From a virus (lineage: Duplodnaviria > Heunggongvirae > Uroviricota > Caudoviricetes): a stretch of DNA of 47,623 bases. Under the pieces are notes generated by a model, which saw only the letters and a list, made by a program, of their open reading frames with translations, ran no database searches and had not been told where the DNA came from. The stretch lies in IMG/VR virus record IMGVR_UViG_2541047842_000006; one strand, written 5' to 3'. Shown here piece by piece: positions 1 to 13,319 of this stretch (positions are counted from its first letter, which is position 1; each line of letters begins with the position of its first letter). Position numbers and translations under genes: made by a program.

Positions 1-1284
1 TTACAGACTTCTTGAAGGTTGCGCAGCTGTTACAACACGCGGTTGATCTTCCGCGGCATCTTCCAGTGCACTTAAATCACGGTCTCTCACTTCTGGCATT
101 TTCAGCGCAGAGATTAAACCAATCACTGAATATGCCATGATCATAATGGCGATCGGATACCAGGATTCCGTCATGGTGCAGAAAATACCCGCCAGGATAG
201 GACCAAAACCGGAAGCGATAAGACCACCAATTTCTTTAGAAATCGCCATCCGGGTAAAGCGGTTTTTACAGCCGAACATTTCTGCCATGGTAATGTTTTC
301 CAGAGCAAATAATCCCAGCACCGCACAGTTATGAATCACAATCAGTGCAACCATAATGGTGCTCGGGGCATAGCTTTTATCTACGATGATAGAAAGCATT
401 GGCCACGCCAGCACAATCGCAGAGGTATTCATAATAATATACGGGATCCGGCGACCTATTTTATCGGATAACCAACCAAGGAACGGAATGGTCATAAAGC
501 CGAGAATCGAACTGATCATCAATGCATCTGTTGGAATTGCTTTGTTAAACAATAACGTCTGCACTAAATAGCCTGCAAGGAAAGTCTGAATTAAACCGGA
601 GTTACCAGCCTGACCAAAACGCAGCCCTGTTGCCAGCCAGAAGGATTTGCTCTGGAACATGCTACCAGCAGGTGCAGGTTTTGCTGTCGGTTGGTTGCTG
701 TCGTTAACCTTCTCAAAGACCGGGCTTTCTTTCAGATTCATACGCAACCAGATAGCAAAGACCATCACGACAACGCTCGCCAGGAACGGTATACGCCATC
801 CCCACGCAAGCAGTTCCTCTTTACTGAGAATGAAGAACATAAAGGCCCAGATTGCCGTTGCGCTCAAGGTTCCGCAGTTAGTCCCCATAGCAACAAATGA
901 GGAGATAATTCCGCGCTTACCTTTTGGTGCATATTCCGCCAGCATCGTGCCGGCACCGGAAATTTCCGCGCCTGCCCCCAGCCCCTGAATAATACGCAGC
1001 GTCACCAGCAAAATTGGCGCAAACACACCAATTTGTGCATAGGTCGGCAGCACACCAATTAAGGTAGTACAGATCCCCATCATAGTGATGGTAATAAAGA
1101 GCACTTTTTTACGCCCGATTCTGTCGCCCATTTTGCCGAAAATAAATGCTCCGACAATACGCGCCACATAACCTGCACCGTAGGTTCCCATTGCCAGAAT
1201 TAACGCCATTGCCGTTGATGATTCAGGAAAAAATATTTCATGAAACACTAACGCTGCGCCGAGCGAATATAACTGGAAATCCAT
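1..1284 (-). CDS. ydfJ: MFS-family inner membrane transporter (YdfJ-like), complete ORF in window
   Basis: 427-aa ORF, hydrophobic multi-span protein with MFS-like GRxGRK loop (FGKMGDRIGRKK); recalled similarity to E. coli YdfJ, the gene flanking Qin prophage. Confidence 0.8.
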   Translation of the reverse strand: MDFQLYSLGAALVFHEIFFPESSTAMALILAMGTYGAGYVARIVGAFIFGKMGDRIGRKKVLFITITMMGICTTLIGVLPTYAQIGVFAPILLVTLRIIQGLGAGAEISGAGTMLAEYAPKGKRGIISSFVAMGTNCGTLSATAIWAFMFFILSKEELLAWGWRIPFLASVVVMVFAIWLRMNLKESPVFEKVNDSNQPTAKPAPAGSMFQSKSFWLATGLRFGQAGNSGLIQTFLAGYLVQTLLFNKAIPTDALMISSILGFMTIPFLGWLSDKIGRRIPYIIMNTSAIVLAWPMLSIIVDKSYAPSTIMVALIVIHNCAVLGLFALENITMAEMFGCKNRFTRMAISKEIGGLIASGFGPILAGIFCTMTESWYPIAIMIMAYSVIGLISALKMPEVRDRDLSALEDAAEDQPRVVTAAQPSRSL

Positions 1285-2069
1285 AATTCACAGGTGTTTT
1301 TTCCCATCCTGTGGTTTCCTTGGCGTTTTCTAGGTTTTTTCAGATAGTTGCATTTTTTAAAAAGCATCCTAAGTTCGATCTCAGTGTCTATCTGGGGCCT
1401 ATTTCTGTCCCATATATGCCCCAAAAAAACTCCCCAACAGATAAGTAGTTTTTTCATGGATTTATGCGTAAAATCAAGAACGGCTGGAAATCATTCAATA
1501 CTCACACTATCGAAAAATTTACCAGCCAACCGCAGCACGTTCTTGCATAAGGCGTGTCTGCGGTTTTTCAACTATTCAGATACATCACTCCCATCACATT
1601 CATTCCTCCGCATCAAAGGCATATAGGCTATATCACCTTGATATTTTTCTTCTTCAGATAAAAACTGTTATCTATGTATACTTTTAAACCCAATCCGTGT
1701 AGAGTCTCTGCATAAGATAGTTTGCAGTTGCCGCTTCAGCTTGCGCCATAAACCGCCTGATTTTTGCTGCCACCTGTTAGCATTCCTGTATACCTGAAAC
1801 GACAATGTTTATCTACGAACTTTAAGAACACCCAAGATAAAAATTGTCAACTATATCATATATAACACATTACTAATTCGAGGCTATATGAACAGCATAC
1901 TGATAATCACTTCTCTCCTTATCATATTCAGCATTTTTAGTCATGCCCTAATAAAATTAGGGATTGGCATATCCAATAACCCAGACAAAACCGATGTATA
2001 AGCCAACATATCCTGAATCAGACATACAATATCGCAATGAAAATCAATAATATTTTAAGGAATATCTTC

Positions 2070-2303
2070 ATGAAATCAAAAGACACCCTAAAGTGGTTCC
2101 CTGCGCAGCTTCCTGAAGTAAGAATTATCCTAGGGGATGCTGTAGTGGAAGTAGCAAAACAGGGAAGACCTATCAATACCAGAACATTGCTTGATTACAT
2201 TGAAGGAAACATAAAGAAAAAATCATGGCTGGATAACAAAGAATTATTACAAACAGCGATATCAGTTCTTAAAGACAACCAAAATTTAAATGGTAAAATG
2301 TAA
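2070..2303 (+). CDS. ydfK: cold-shock-inducible small prophage protein, YdfK/YnaE family
   Basis: 77-aa product from internal Met (MKSKDTLKWFPAQLPEV...) of the 2037..2303 ORF; recalled match to YdfK/YnaE; position between ydfJ and pin as in Qin. Confidence 0.7.
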   Translation: MKSKDTLKWFPAQLPEVRIILGDAVVEVAKQGRPINTRTLLDYIEGNIKKKSWLDNKELLQTAISVLKDNQNLNGKM

Positions 2304-2619
2304 TATAATAAACTTACTTTTTTATCATTTTTCCACTTTAACAACATTTTGCTCCACTTTTCCACGACCAAACAACTTGAAATCTGGTTAAAATAACACG
2401 CAACACTATTCTTCTTCCTTGAGTCCGCCCGGAACTCGAAAAACAAACCGAGTTAAAGCCATTTTTCACAAAATCGATTTTGGGTCTCACCAAAATTACG
2501 GGGTTGCATACGCATTCGTTTATTTTCGAACGTGTACATACAAATATGTACAAAAATAATCAAAATTATTTTCTGAGATGCATTATGATATGAACACCAA
2601 TTTCGTATAGAATCTCACT

Positions 2620-3210
2620 ATGTCTCGAATTTTTGCTTACTGTCGGATATCAACGCTGGATCAGACCACCGAAAATCAACGCCGGGAAATCGAAAGTGCA
2701 GGTTTTAAAATCAAACCTCAGCAAATAATCGAAGAACACATTAGCGGCTCAGCAGCAACCAGTGAGCGTCCTGGTTTTAACCGGTTGCTTGCTCGCCTGA
2801 AATGTGGTGATCAATTGATTGTGACAAAACTGGATCGCCTTGGTTGTAATGCAATGGATATCAGGAAAACAGTGGAACAACTGACCGAAACAGGTATCAG
2901 AGTGCATTGCTTAGCATTGGGGGGCATTGACCTGACCAGTCCAACAGGAAAAATGATGATGCAAGTAATTTCAGCAGTCGCTGAATTTGAACGAGACCTT
3001 TTACTTGAACGCACTCATTCCGGGATAGTAAGAGCCCGCGGCGCAGGGAAACGTTTTGGTCGACCACCTGTGTTAAATGAAGAACAGAAACAGGTGGTAT
3101 TCGAACGAATTAAGTCAGGTGTAAGTATAAGTGCCATTGCCCGGGAATTCAAAACCTCGCGGCAAACCATTTTAAGAGCCAAAGCAAAACTTCAGACACC
3201 TGACATATAA
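2620..3210 (+). CDS. pinQ: serine recombinase, Pin/Gin/Hin-family DNA invertase
   Basis: 196 aa; N-terminal catalytic motif ([10 protein letters not shown]), resolvase core and C-terminal HTH ([16 protein letters not shown]); adjacent to tfa/stf as in invertible tail-fibre systems. Confidence 0.85.
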
Positions 3211-3307
3211 AAAATAATCTCGGTGTGAGATGCTTTACGTCTTCCAAGCCCCCTTCCTTGCCGTAAATGGAAAGATACATCTAATTATAGAATTTATATG
3301 TTTTACC

Positions 3308-3883
3308 CTACGGCAGTGCTGGCCATTCAATATCCTGTGCAGTTGACGTATCAACACGGTTCAGCAATACCCGATACTTTTTCCATGCTTCCAGCAACGA
3401 GATTTCTTCCTCCGTTGCAATTTCCAGATCTGCAGCATCCTGAAGCGGCGCAATATGCTCACTGGCTACCTGCATCAGGTTGTTTTTTGTTTCTTCCGCC
3501 TCCCGGATCCGGAACAGTTTTTCTGCTTCCGTATCCTTCACCCAGGCTGTGCCGTTCCACTTCTGAAACTCCCCTTCCGGGGATAACCAGGTGACATTTT
3601 CCGGTAATGGGCCAAGTTCAGAAATAAATAACGCGTCGCCGGAAGCCACGTCATAGACGGTTTTACCCCGATGATCTTCAACGAGATGCCACGATGCCTC
3701 ATCACTGTTGAAAACAGCCACGAAGCCAGCCGGAATATCTGGCGGTGCAATATCGGTACTGTTTGCTGGCAGACCTGTATGAGGCGGAATATATGCGTCA
3801 CCTTCACCAATAAATTCATTAGTTCCTGCCAGCAGATTATAAATTTTTATGGTCCGTGGTTGTTCACTCATTCTGAATGCCAT
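3308..3883 (-). CDS. tail fibre assembly protein (Tfa)
   Basis: 191 aa; start overlaps stf stop by 1 nt; recalled similarity to lambda/e14 Tfa. Confidence 0.8.
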   Translation of the reverse strand: MAFRMSEQPRTIKIYNLLAGTNEFIGEGDAYIPPHTGLPANSTDIAPPDIPAGFVAVFNSDEASWHLVEDHRGKTVYDVASGDALFISELGPLPENVTWLSPEGEFQKWNGTAWVKDTEAEKLFRIREAEETKNNLMQVASEHIAPLQDAADLEIATEEEISLLEAWKKYRVLLNRVDTSTAQDIEWPALP

Positions 3884-6804
3884 TATGCAAGCCTCACAAT
3901 GTAGTTAAATGCGATGTTTTTGACAGTGTTTTCCGCGTTACCAGCAGCGTTAACGGTGATGGTGTGTCCATGTGAGCCAATCGCAACAGAGTGCGTATGA
4001 GCACCAATACCGACAGTATGTGCGTGAGCACCTGCAGATGCAGCTGTGCCGCTGACACTATGAGTGTGCGCTCCTGCAGCACTTGTATTCACACTGGCCG
4101 CAGACACTACCTTATGTACTGACCCATTTTGTGACCACTGGCTGACTGCTGATGCGCCTGTGACACTATGAGTATGGTTTCCGGCACTTGCGGCTGTACC
4201 GCTCACACTGTGCGTATGCGCCCCGGTGTTATTCGTGGATTTAGTGCCGTAATCAAACGACGATGTGGTTTTCGTCCCCAAATCCGTACTGGATGCACTG
4301 GCGCTGTGGGTGTGCGATTTAATGCCGTCCTGTTCCTGAGACAATACGGCCCGACCACTGGCAGGTTTGCCCTTAATCGTCCAGCCACGCATATCAGGGA
4401 TCACGCCTGACGGATAAGCGGTTGCAAGTTTCGGGTAAGCGGATTTGTCAAAAGTCTGCCCCTGCATCAGGGCATAACCAGACGGAACGGTATCTGATGG
4501 CCACGGGATTGGTGCGCCAGGCGGATAAAACTGCTCTGATGGCGTATAGAGTGAATAAACTGTACCGTCCGTTAACCCTTCCGGCTTATTAGCAGAATAT
4601 GCTGGTGACGTATGAATAGTCACGCTGGCATTACTGGTATAATCCCATTGAATATTTACACCAGTCGCATAATTTCCGATTGCAACGTAAATATCGTAAG
4701 TATCACCAGATGTATTGACCCAGGCAAAATTTGTAAACCCTGTCGATGTGCGCTGCCATAAAGCACCAGTAATCCCCTTCGGATTACCATTACCTGCACG
4801 CAAAACAAGTTCAGATATACCTGCCTGTTGAGGTGACCCCACGTTAAATCCCGCGCCACCAATCAACGTAATTGAAACAACAGAACTCGCCTGTGGCATG
4901 GTTACCGTTGCTAATTTGAACCAACCAGCACCACCGCTGAATGACATTGTTGTTGAGTTAAGCGTACCAATATCTTTCGGCGTCAGTGTTATATCCGCTG
5001 AAAGCGCCTTACCATTCACCTTACGGGCAGAAGGTACCCGACCATTCGCATTATCATTAGCTGCTTTCACTGCTTTCGGTGTCGCGGCAAGCGTTTCAGA
5101 TGCGCTGTTGGTTGCACTACTGAGCTGGACAATTCCTTTTTGTGCTGTCGTAGCGTCCTGAGCAGTATATTTCCCGTTAGCAAGGTCATAGGCTGCCTTT
5201 ACCGACTTTGGCGTTGCCGCCAGCATTTCAGATGTGCTGTTGGTCGCGCTGCTGAGCTGAACTATCCCTTTTTGTGCTGTCGTTGCATCCTGTGCGGTGT
5301 ATTTCCCGTTAGCCAGCTCATACGCGGCCTTAACGGCTTTTGGCGTTGCCGCCAGTGACTCGGAAGTGCTGTTAGTCGCACTGCTGAGCTGTACTATCCC
5401 CTTTTTCGTCGTGCTCGCATCCTCAAGCGCCACGGCGGATGCAATATCCTCTGCCCGTTTTGCCGCTGTCTCGGCGCGCGTTGCCGCGGATTCCGCCGTA
5501 CTTTTGCTCTGAGCTGCCGCCGTCGCACTGCCAGCTGCCTCTGTCGCCTTCGTGGATGCCGTCGTGGCGCTGCCCTTTGCTGCTGACGCCTGTCTGGTCG
5601 CCTCATCTTTTGAAGCAGACGCAGATGATGCCGATGACGCCGCCGAACTGGCGGACGATGCGGCAGCCGTTTTTGAGGATTCTGCGCTGGTTTCCGACGC
5701 TTTCGCGTTCGTCTCGGATGTCTTCGCTGCGGAAGCAGACCTCGCTGCTGCGCTGGCCTGTTCAGTGGCTTCGCCAGCCTTCGTTGTGGCTGTTGAAGCG
5801 GACGATGCGGCGCTTTCTGCCGATTTTCCGGCAGCGGTGGCACTGGCTGAGGCCTGCCCGGCACTTGTTGACGCGGCACTGGCAGACGACGCAGCCGCTG
5901 TTTTTGAGCCTGCCGCAGCTGAGGCGCTCTGTCCCGCTGCCGTCTCAGAAGACCTGGCGTTCGTCTCGGACGTTTTTGCCGCCTTCGCGGAATTTGCTGC
6001 CGCCGTTGCCGAGGAAGCTGCGCTACTGGCGCTCGAGGATGCGTTCGTTTCTGATGATTTTGCCGCCTCTTTTGAAGCCGACGCATCCCGGGCTGAGGTG
6101 GCAGCTTCTGACGCTTTCGTGGTCGCGGTGGATGCAGAAGTGGCGGCTGATTGTTGTGACGCTGCAGCATTCGTTTCTGACGTTTTCGCGGCAGCGGCAC
6201 TGGTAGCTGCCGCGCTTTTTGAGGACTCTGCAGCGGCAGCACTTTTTTCCGCTTCAGTGGCCTTTGTTGATGCCGTTCCTGCGCTGGAAGACGCTGACTG
6301 AGCCGACGAAGCGGCCTGTCCGGCTGACGTGCTGGCTGCACGTGCTGAATCTGCAGCATCAGTCGCATGGGTTGCCGCCTCACGGGCAGATGTGCCGGCA
6401 TCACTGGCTGACTTCTTCGCGGCTGCCGTGTTCTGTGCCACCACGGACGCGTTACGCGCCACCTCTTCCACCATCTGTTCAAAACGGCGCAGTGCCTCCG
6501 GACGGGCATCATCCTCCGTCATGGCACCGAGAAAATCATTCAGCGTACCGGGTTGAGAATCTTCATACACGGTGATGGTCCCGGCATGTGACGGCGGGAA
6601 TCCTTCCACCAACAGAATAACGCTGTACTGCCCGTACTCAACGTCCATGCTGTAACGCCCGGCTTCATCCGGATTTTCTGAGGCCAGCGTGTTCACCACC
6701 ACCGTGGTGCTGTTACGTTTTGCTTTCAGCTGGATTGTGCAGTTCTGTACCGGTTTTCCTGTGCCGTCTTTCAGTACACCTGAAATCTTTACTGCCATAT
6801 TCAC
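3883..6804 (-). CDS. stf: side tail fibre protein (Stf), long variant
   Basis: 973 aa; N-terminus ([26 protein letters not shown]...) and C-terminus (GAPIPWPSD...[31 protein letters not shown]) match recalled lambda Stf; long Ala/Ser/Thr-rich central region; likely start at second Met (6798). Confidence 0.9.
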   Translation of the reverse strand: MNMAVKISGVLKDGTGKPVQNCTIQLKAKRNSTTVVVNTLASENPDEAGRYSMDVEYGQYSVILLVEGFPPSHAGTITVYEDSQPGTLNDFLGAMTEDDARPEALRRFEQMVEEVARNASVVAQNTAAAKKSASDAGTSAREAATHATDAADSARAASTSAGQAASSAQSASSSAGTASTKATEAEKSAAAAESSKSAAATSAAAAKTSETNAAASQQSAATSASTATTKASEAATSARDASASKEAAKSSETNASSSASSAASSATAAANSAKAAKTSETNARSSETAAGQSASAAAGSKTAAASSASAASTSAGQASASATAAGKSAESAASSASTATTKAGEATEQASAAARSASAAKTSETNAKASETSAESSKTAAASSASSAASSASSASASKDEATRQASAAKGSATTASTKATEAAGSATAAAQSKSTAESAATRAETAAKRAEDIASAVALEDASTTKKGIVQLSSATNSTSESLAATPKAVKAAYELANGKYTAQDATTAQKGIVQLSSATNSTSEMLAATPKSVKAAYDLANGKYTAQDATTAQKGIVQLSSATNSASETLAATPKAVKAANDNANGRVPSARKVNGKALSADITLTPKDIGTLNSTTMSFSGGAGWFKLATVTMPQASSVVSITLIGGAGFNVGSPQQAGISELVLRAGNGNPKGITGALWQRTSTGFTNFAWVNTSGDTYDIYVAIGNYATGVNIQWDYTSNASVTIHTSPAYSANKPEGLTDGTVYSLYTPSEQFYPPGAPIPWPSDTVPSGYALMQGQTFDKSAYPKLATAYPSGVIPDMRGWTIKGKPASGRAVLSQEQDGIKSHTHSASASSTDLGTKTTSSFDYGTKSTNNTGAHTHSVSGTAASAGNHTHSVTGASAVSQWSQNGSVHKVVSAASVNTSAAGAHTHSVSGTAASAGAHAHTVGIGAHTHSVAIGSHGHTITVNAAGNAENTVKNIAFNYIVRLA
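5008..5403 (-). repeat. three tandem ~132-bp coding repeats inside stf (44-aa unit [39 protein letters not shown])
   Basis: near-identical DNA units at about 5272..5403, 5140..5271 and 5008..5139; third copy diverges at its end. Confidence 0.8.
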
Positions 6805-6862
6805 CCCACAAAAAAGCCCGCCTGAACCGGCGGGCTGTCATAACACTGTGTTACCTGGCTAA

Positions 6863-7462
6863 TCAGAACTTATAACCGACACCCACGATGAAACCGTCAG
6901 TGCGCCAGTCGCCACTGCCGGAGCCTTCATAAGCAATATCAATGGCCACGGATTCGGTCGGGTTAAACTGCACGCCAGCTCCCCACGCCAGAGACGTGTT
7001 GCTGTGGCGACCGTCATCACTTCCGGTCAGCACGTCGTGCGTTTTCCCCTTGTTGTCAGTTACGCGGAGATAATCCCCGGAGAAAGTCGACACACGGCTG
7101 TAAGCCATACCCGCCATCGCATACGCGCTGAACCATTCATTCACGCGCACAGACGGCCCCACCATCACGCTGAACCAGCGGTTACGCACGGAATCTTCAT
7201 GCCAGCGGGTATCGCTGTAACGGGTAAGCTGGCGATTCTTGTCTCCTGCATAGCTGAATGACGTCACCAGCCCCAGTGTGTCCGTAAACTCATAACGGTA
7301 TTTCACGTTAATCCCGTTCAGATCATCACTGCCGGGAACGTTCGTCCGGGCATGAAGATACCCCGCGCTCAGCGTGGACTGATGTTCAGACGCCCATGCA
7401 GGCGCACCGGATACGGCCAGACAAATGGCTGCGGACAAAATGGCGGCATAAAGTTTACGCAT
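6863..7462 (-). CDS. lom: Lom/Ail-family outer membrane beta-barrel protein
   Basis: 199 aa with signal peptide ([24 protein letters not shown]) and C-terminal ...VGVGYKF; between J and stf as in lambda. Confidence 0.85.
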
Positions 7463-7528
7463 AATTACCTCTCGCTTTTCTGCAATAAAAAAGGCGTCAT
7501 TTCTGACGCCCGTTCTGGGTTATAAAAT

Positions 7529-10930
<3,402 letters not shown>

Positions 10931-10987
10931 TCACGCTCCATAAACGATAAAACCGCCCGGAGGCGGTTTCACATAAAACATTTTGCA

Positions 10988-11635
10988 TCAGCGACCAATC
11001 ACCACAACCTGACCACCATCCCCTTCGTCTGCCGTGCTGATCTCCTGAGAAACCACACGTGACCCCACGCGCATTTCACCGTACAGAACAGGCAGAACAT
11101 TGCCCTGGGCAACCATGTTATCCAGTGAGGAGAAATAGGTGTTCTGTTTGCCGTTATCTGTACTGGCTGCCGTGGGCGTCCTGGCTTTCGGTGCCAGCAT
11201 CTGCGCCACTCCGCCCAGGATCATACTGGCCCCTGCCGCATACATGCCCGATACAGCCGCGGCCCCCAGCCAGCCCACAGGGTTCCACCATGCCACCGCA
11301 ATCAGCGCCGCCCCAAGCACCACCTGAAACACACCGCCACTTTTAGCTCCCGCCAGACGCGGCACGATGTGGATCACGGCACCATTTGCCAGCGGCTCAT
11401 TAAGACGGGCAGATAATTCATTTTCGCCTGCATCACGCCCGGCAATGCGCACCTGATACCAGCCCTCATTCAGTTTCTGACGAAACACCGGGAGCTGTGT
11501 GGCCAGTGCCCGGATGGCTTCAGCCCCCGTTTTCACACGAAGGTCGATACGGCGACCAAATCGTTGCAAATCCCCGTAAAGGCAGATGCGTGCCATGCCC
11601 GGTGACGCCAGAGGGAGTGTGTGCGTCGCTGCCAT
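10988..11635 (-). CDS. tail assembly protein I
   Basis: 215-aa ORF with hydrophobic central segment; lambda gene order; ORF start overlaps K by ~100 nt so true start may be internal (e.g. Met at 11596). Confidence 0.75.
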   Translation of the reverse strand: MAATHTLPLASPGMARICLYGDLQRFGRRIDLRVKTGAEAIRALATQLPVFRQKLNEGWYQVRIAGRDAGENELSARLNEPLANGAVIHIVPRLAGAKSGGVFQVVLGAALIAVAWWNPVGWLGAAAVSGMYAAGASMILGGVAQMLAPKARTPTAASTDNGKQNTYFSSLDNMVAQGNVLPVLYGEMRVGSRVVSQEISTADEGDGGQVVVIGR

Positions 11636-12285
11636 TTGTCGGTGTACCTCTCTCGTTTACTCAGTTGTTCAGGAATATGGTGCAGCAGCTCGCCGTCGCC
11701 ACAGTAAATGGCGGCATGATTCGGCACCGATGAACCAAAACAGCACAGCAGCACATCGCCCGGCTGGGCCGCTGACAACGGCACCTGATACAACCCCGTT
11801 GCCTCCATATTATCCAGATAGAGATTCTGGCCGTGACGCCACCAGTCATCCCCGCGATGAAAATCCGGCATCTCAATTCCCGCCAGATGGTAAGCGTCCC
11901 GGAACAGCGTGTAACAGTCCGTCACCCCGTGCTCAAAGCGCCGCCCGGTGAGATGCGGCACACAGCGGAATTTATGAATCGCCCCCCGGCAGACCAGCCA
12001 CCACGGCAAATCACTCTGCACCTGCAGCCGCCGGTCGGCCTCACTCAGCCAGGGCAGACCACCGGGGTGGCTGTGGACCAGCGCCACAATCTCTCCCTGC
12101 ATTTCTGCACTCAGCCAGTCCTCCGGCGACATCCGGAAATACGCCTCCGGCTCACCAGAGATATTCACGCAGGGAAAATATCTTTCCCCCTCCGGTGTTC
12201 TCACCACGAAGCCGCACGACTCCGCTGGCGCACATCGCCGGGCGTGCGCCAGAATCGCTGATTCTGTCTCTGTCATGGGATTCAC
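11533..12285 (-). CDS. tail assembly protein K (JAB/MPN + NlpC/P60-like)
   Basis: 250-aa ORF with HSHP metalloprotease motif (VALVHSHPGG) and Cys-His region (GVTDCYTLF...NHAAIY); overlaps L stop by 4 nt. Confidence 0.8.
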   Translation of the reverse strand: MNPMTETESAILAHARRCAPAESCGFVVRTPEGERYFPCVNISGEPEAYFRMSPEDWLSAEMQGEIVALVHSHPGGLPWLSEADRRLQVQSDLPWWLVCRGAIHKFRCVPHLTGRRFEHGVTDCYTLFRDAYHLAGIEMPDFHRGDDWWRHGQNLYLDNMEATGLYQVPLSAAQPGDVLLCCFGSSVPNHAAIYCGDGELLHHIPEQLSKRERYTDKWQRRTHSLWRHRAWHASAFTGICNDLVAVSTFV

Positions 12286-12980
12286 TGCGAAAGTTTGTTA
12301 ATGGAAAGGAAGCCGCCAAAGTTGCCGACGTTATTGCGAAACTTACAGCCGCTCAGGCATTTGCTGCATTTATCCTTCGTGATATCGGACGTCGGCTGAT
12401 CATATTCATCCGCGACCGCCGGACCGTGATAACCGCACTCGTCACCGCGATAGGTCCAGGTGCAGGTGTTGGCCAGCATGATGCGCCCCGGAAAAACGGC
12501 ACCGTCCGTTTCCGTCGGCGTGGACAGTACAAAAGAGGCACTCACCGCGCTCAGTTCGCTGCACTGCTCGATGCGCCAGCGGCTGATCACCTCCTGCTCA
12601 GGATCGGCGTCACTGTTTCCGTTGACGAAGTTCACCGCATCCAGAAAACGGGCGTAAACCTTACGCCTGACCACCGTTCCGCCGACCAGACTCTGCAGAT
12701 CTTCCGCCATCCCGGTGACCATGCCGTGCAGGTTAGAAACCGTCAGTGTCGGACGGGCAGCACTGCCCTTGCCATTCAGTTCAAATCCCGTCCCCTGAAT
12801 GGGGTATGCCTGATACTGCCGCCCCTGCCAGGTAACCGGCTCACCTTTTTCGTTCTGCTCATTACAGAAAAAATAACGTTCACCACCGACCTCTGTCAGA
12901 TCGATTTCCCAGAGCACCACCTGGGCTGACTGAGTGAGGCGTGTCGTCTCATGATGTGTTTCCTGTGGAATATCCTGCAT
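12282..12980 (-). CDS. minor tail protein L
   Basis: 232 aa, lambda L length; C-terminal Cys cluster (CSKCLSGCKF); lambda order. Confidence 0.85.
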   Translation of the reverse strand: MQDIPQETHHETTRLTQSAQVVLWEIDLTEVGGERYFFCNEQNEKGEPVTWQGRQYQAYPIQGTGFELNGKGSAARPTLTVSNLHGMVTGMAEDLQSLVGGTVVRRKVYARFLDAVNFVNGNSDADPEQEVISRWRIEQCSELSAVSASFVLSTPTETDGAVFPGRIMLANTCTWTYRGDECGYHGPAVADEYDQPTSDITKDKCSKCLSGCKFRNNVGNFGGFLSINKLSQ

Positions 12981-12989
12981 CAGAGCCTC

Positions 12990-13319
12990 CTATGCCACGA
13001 CCTGTTCAAAATCTGCCGTTATGGTTACCCACAACGCCCCCACGCTTGCCGACCATTTACGACAAACCACCCTGATCGGCTTCCAGTCATAAGGTGGCGT
13101 CCACTGAAATGCGCGGACGCCACCGTGCCGTTCCAGAAAGGCTTTTAAAGATGGGTGTTCACATTTACGAACACGTATCGTCACGCTGTAAGTCGACAAC
13201 TGGTTATTCAGTCCCGCCGCACGACGCTGTTCATAACCATCGCCAAGCTTCACTGTCACCACTTTCGGCTCTGATACCACATTCATATCCGGGCGCACTT
13301 TCCAGTGAAACGTCTCCAT
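12990..13319 (-). CDS. minor tail protein M
   Basis: 109 aa, lambda M length; start overlaps H stop by 1 nt. Confidence 0.85.
   Translation of the reverse strand: METFHWKVRPDMNVVSEPKVVTVKLGDGYEQRRAAGLNNQLSTYSVTIRVRKCEHPSLKAFLERHGGVRAFQWTPPYDWKPIRVVCRKWSASVGALWVTITADFEQVVA

Noticed and set aside
1285-2036. Prophage attachment site (attL/attR) near ydfJ
   Set aside because: The partner repeat should lie beyond the integrase gene, outside the window, so the att core cannot be defined from this sequence
2433-2454. Palindrome AACTCG-N10-CGAGTT upstream of pin, considered as a Pin crossover site
   Set aside because: Half-sites do not resemble the hix/gix 12-bp consensus and no matching partner was found near tfa/stf; may be a weak hairpin
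5394-6512. Long ORFs in other frames of the stf region (372-aa Arg/Pro/Gln-rich minus-strand ORF; 255-aa and 249-aa plus-strand ORFs)
   Set aside because: They lie entirely within the Ala/Ser-rich low-complexity part of the tail fibre gene and have extreme composition; they are by-products of the repetitive GC-rich coding sequence
12195-12929. 244-aa plus-strand ORF antisense to L/K
   Set aside because: Antisense to two well-supported tail genes; typical spurious ORF in GC-rich phage DNA
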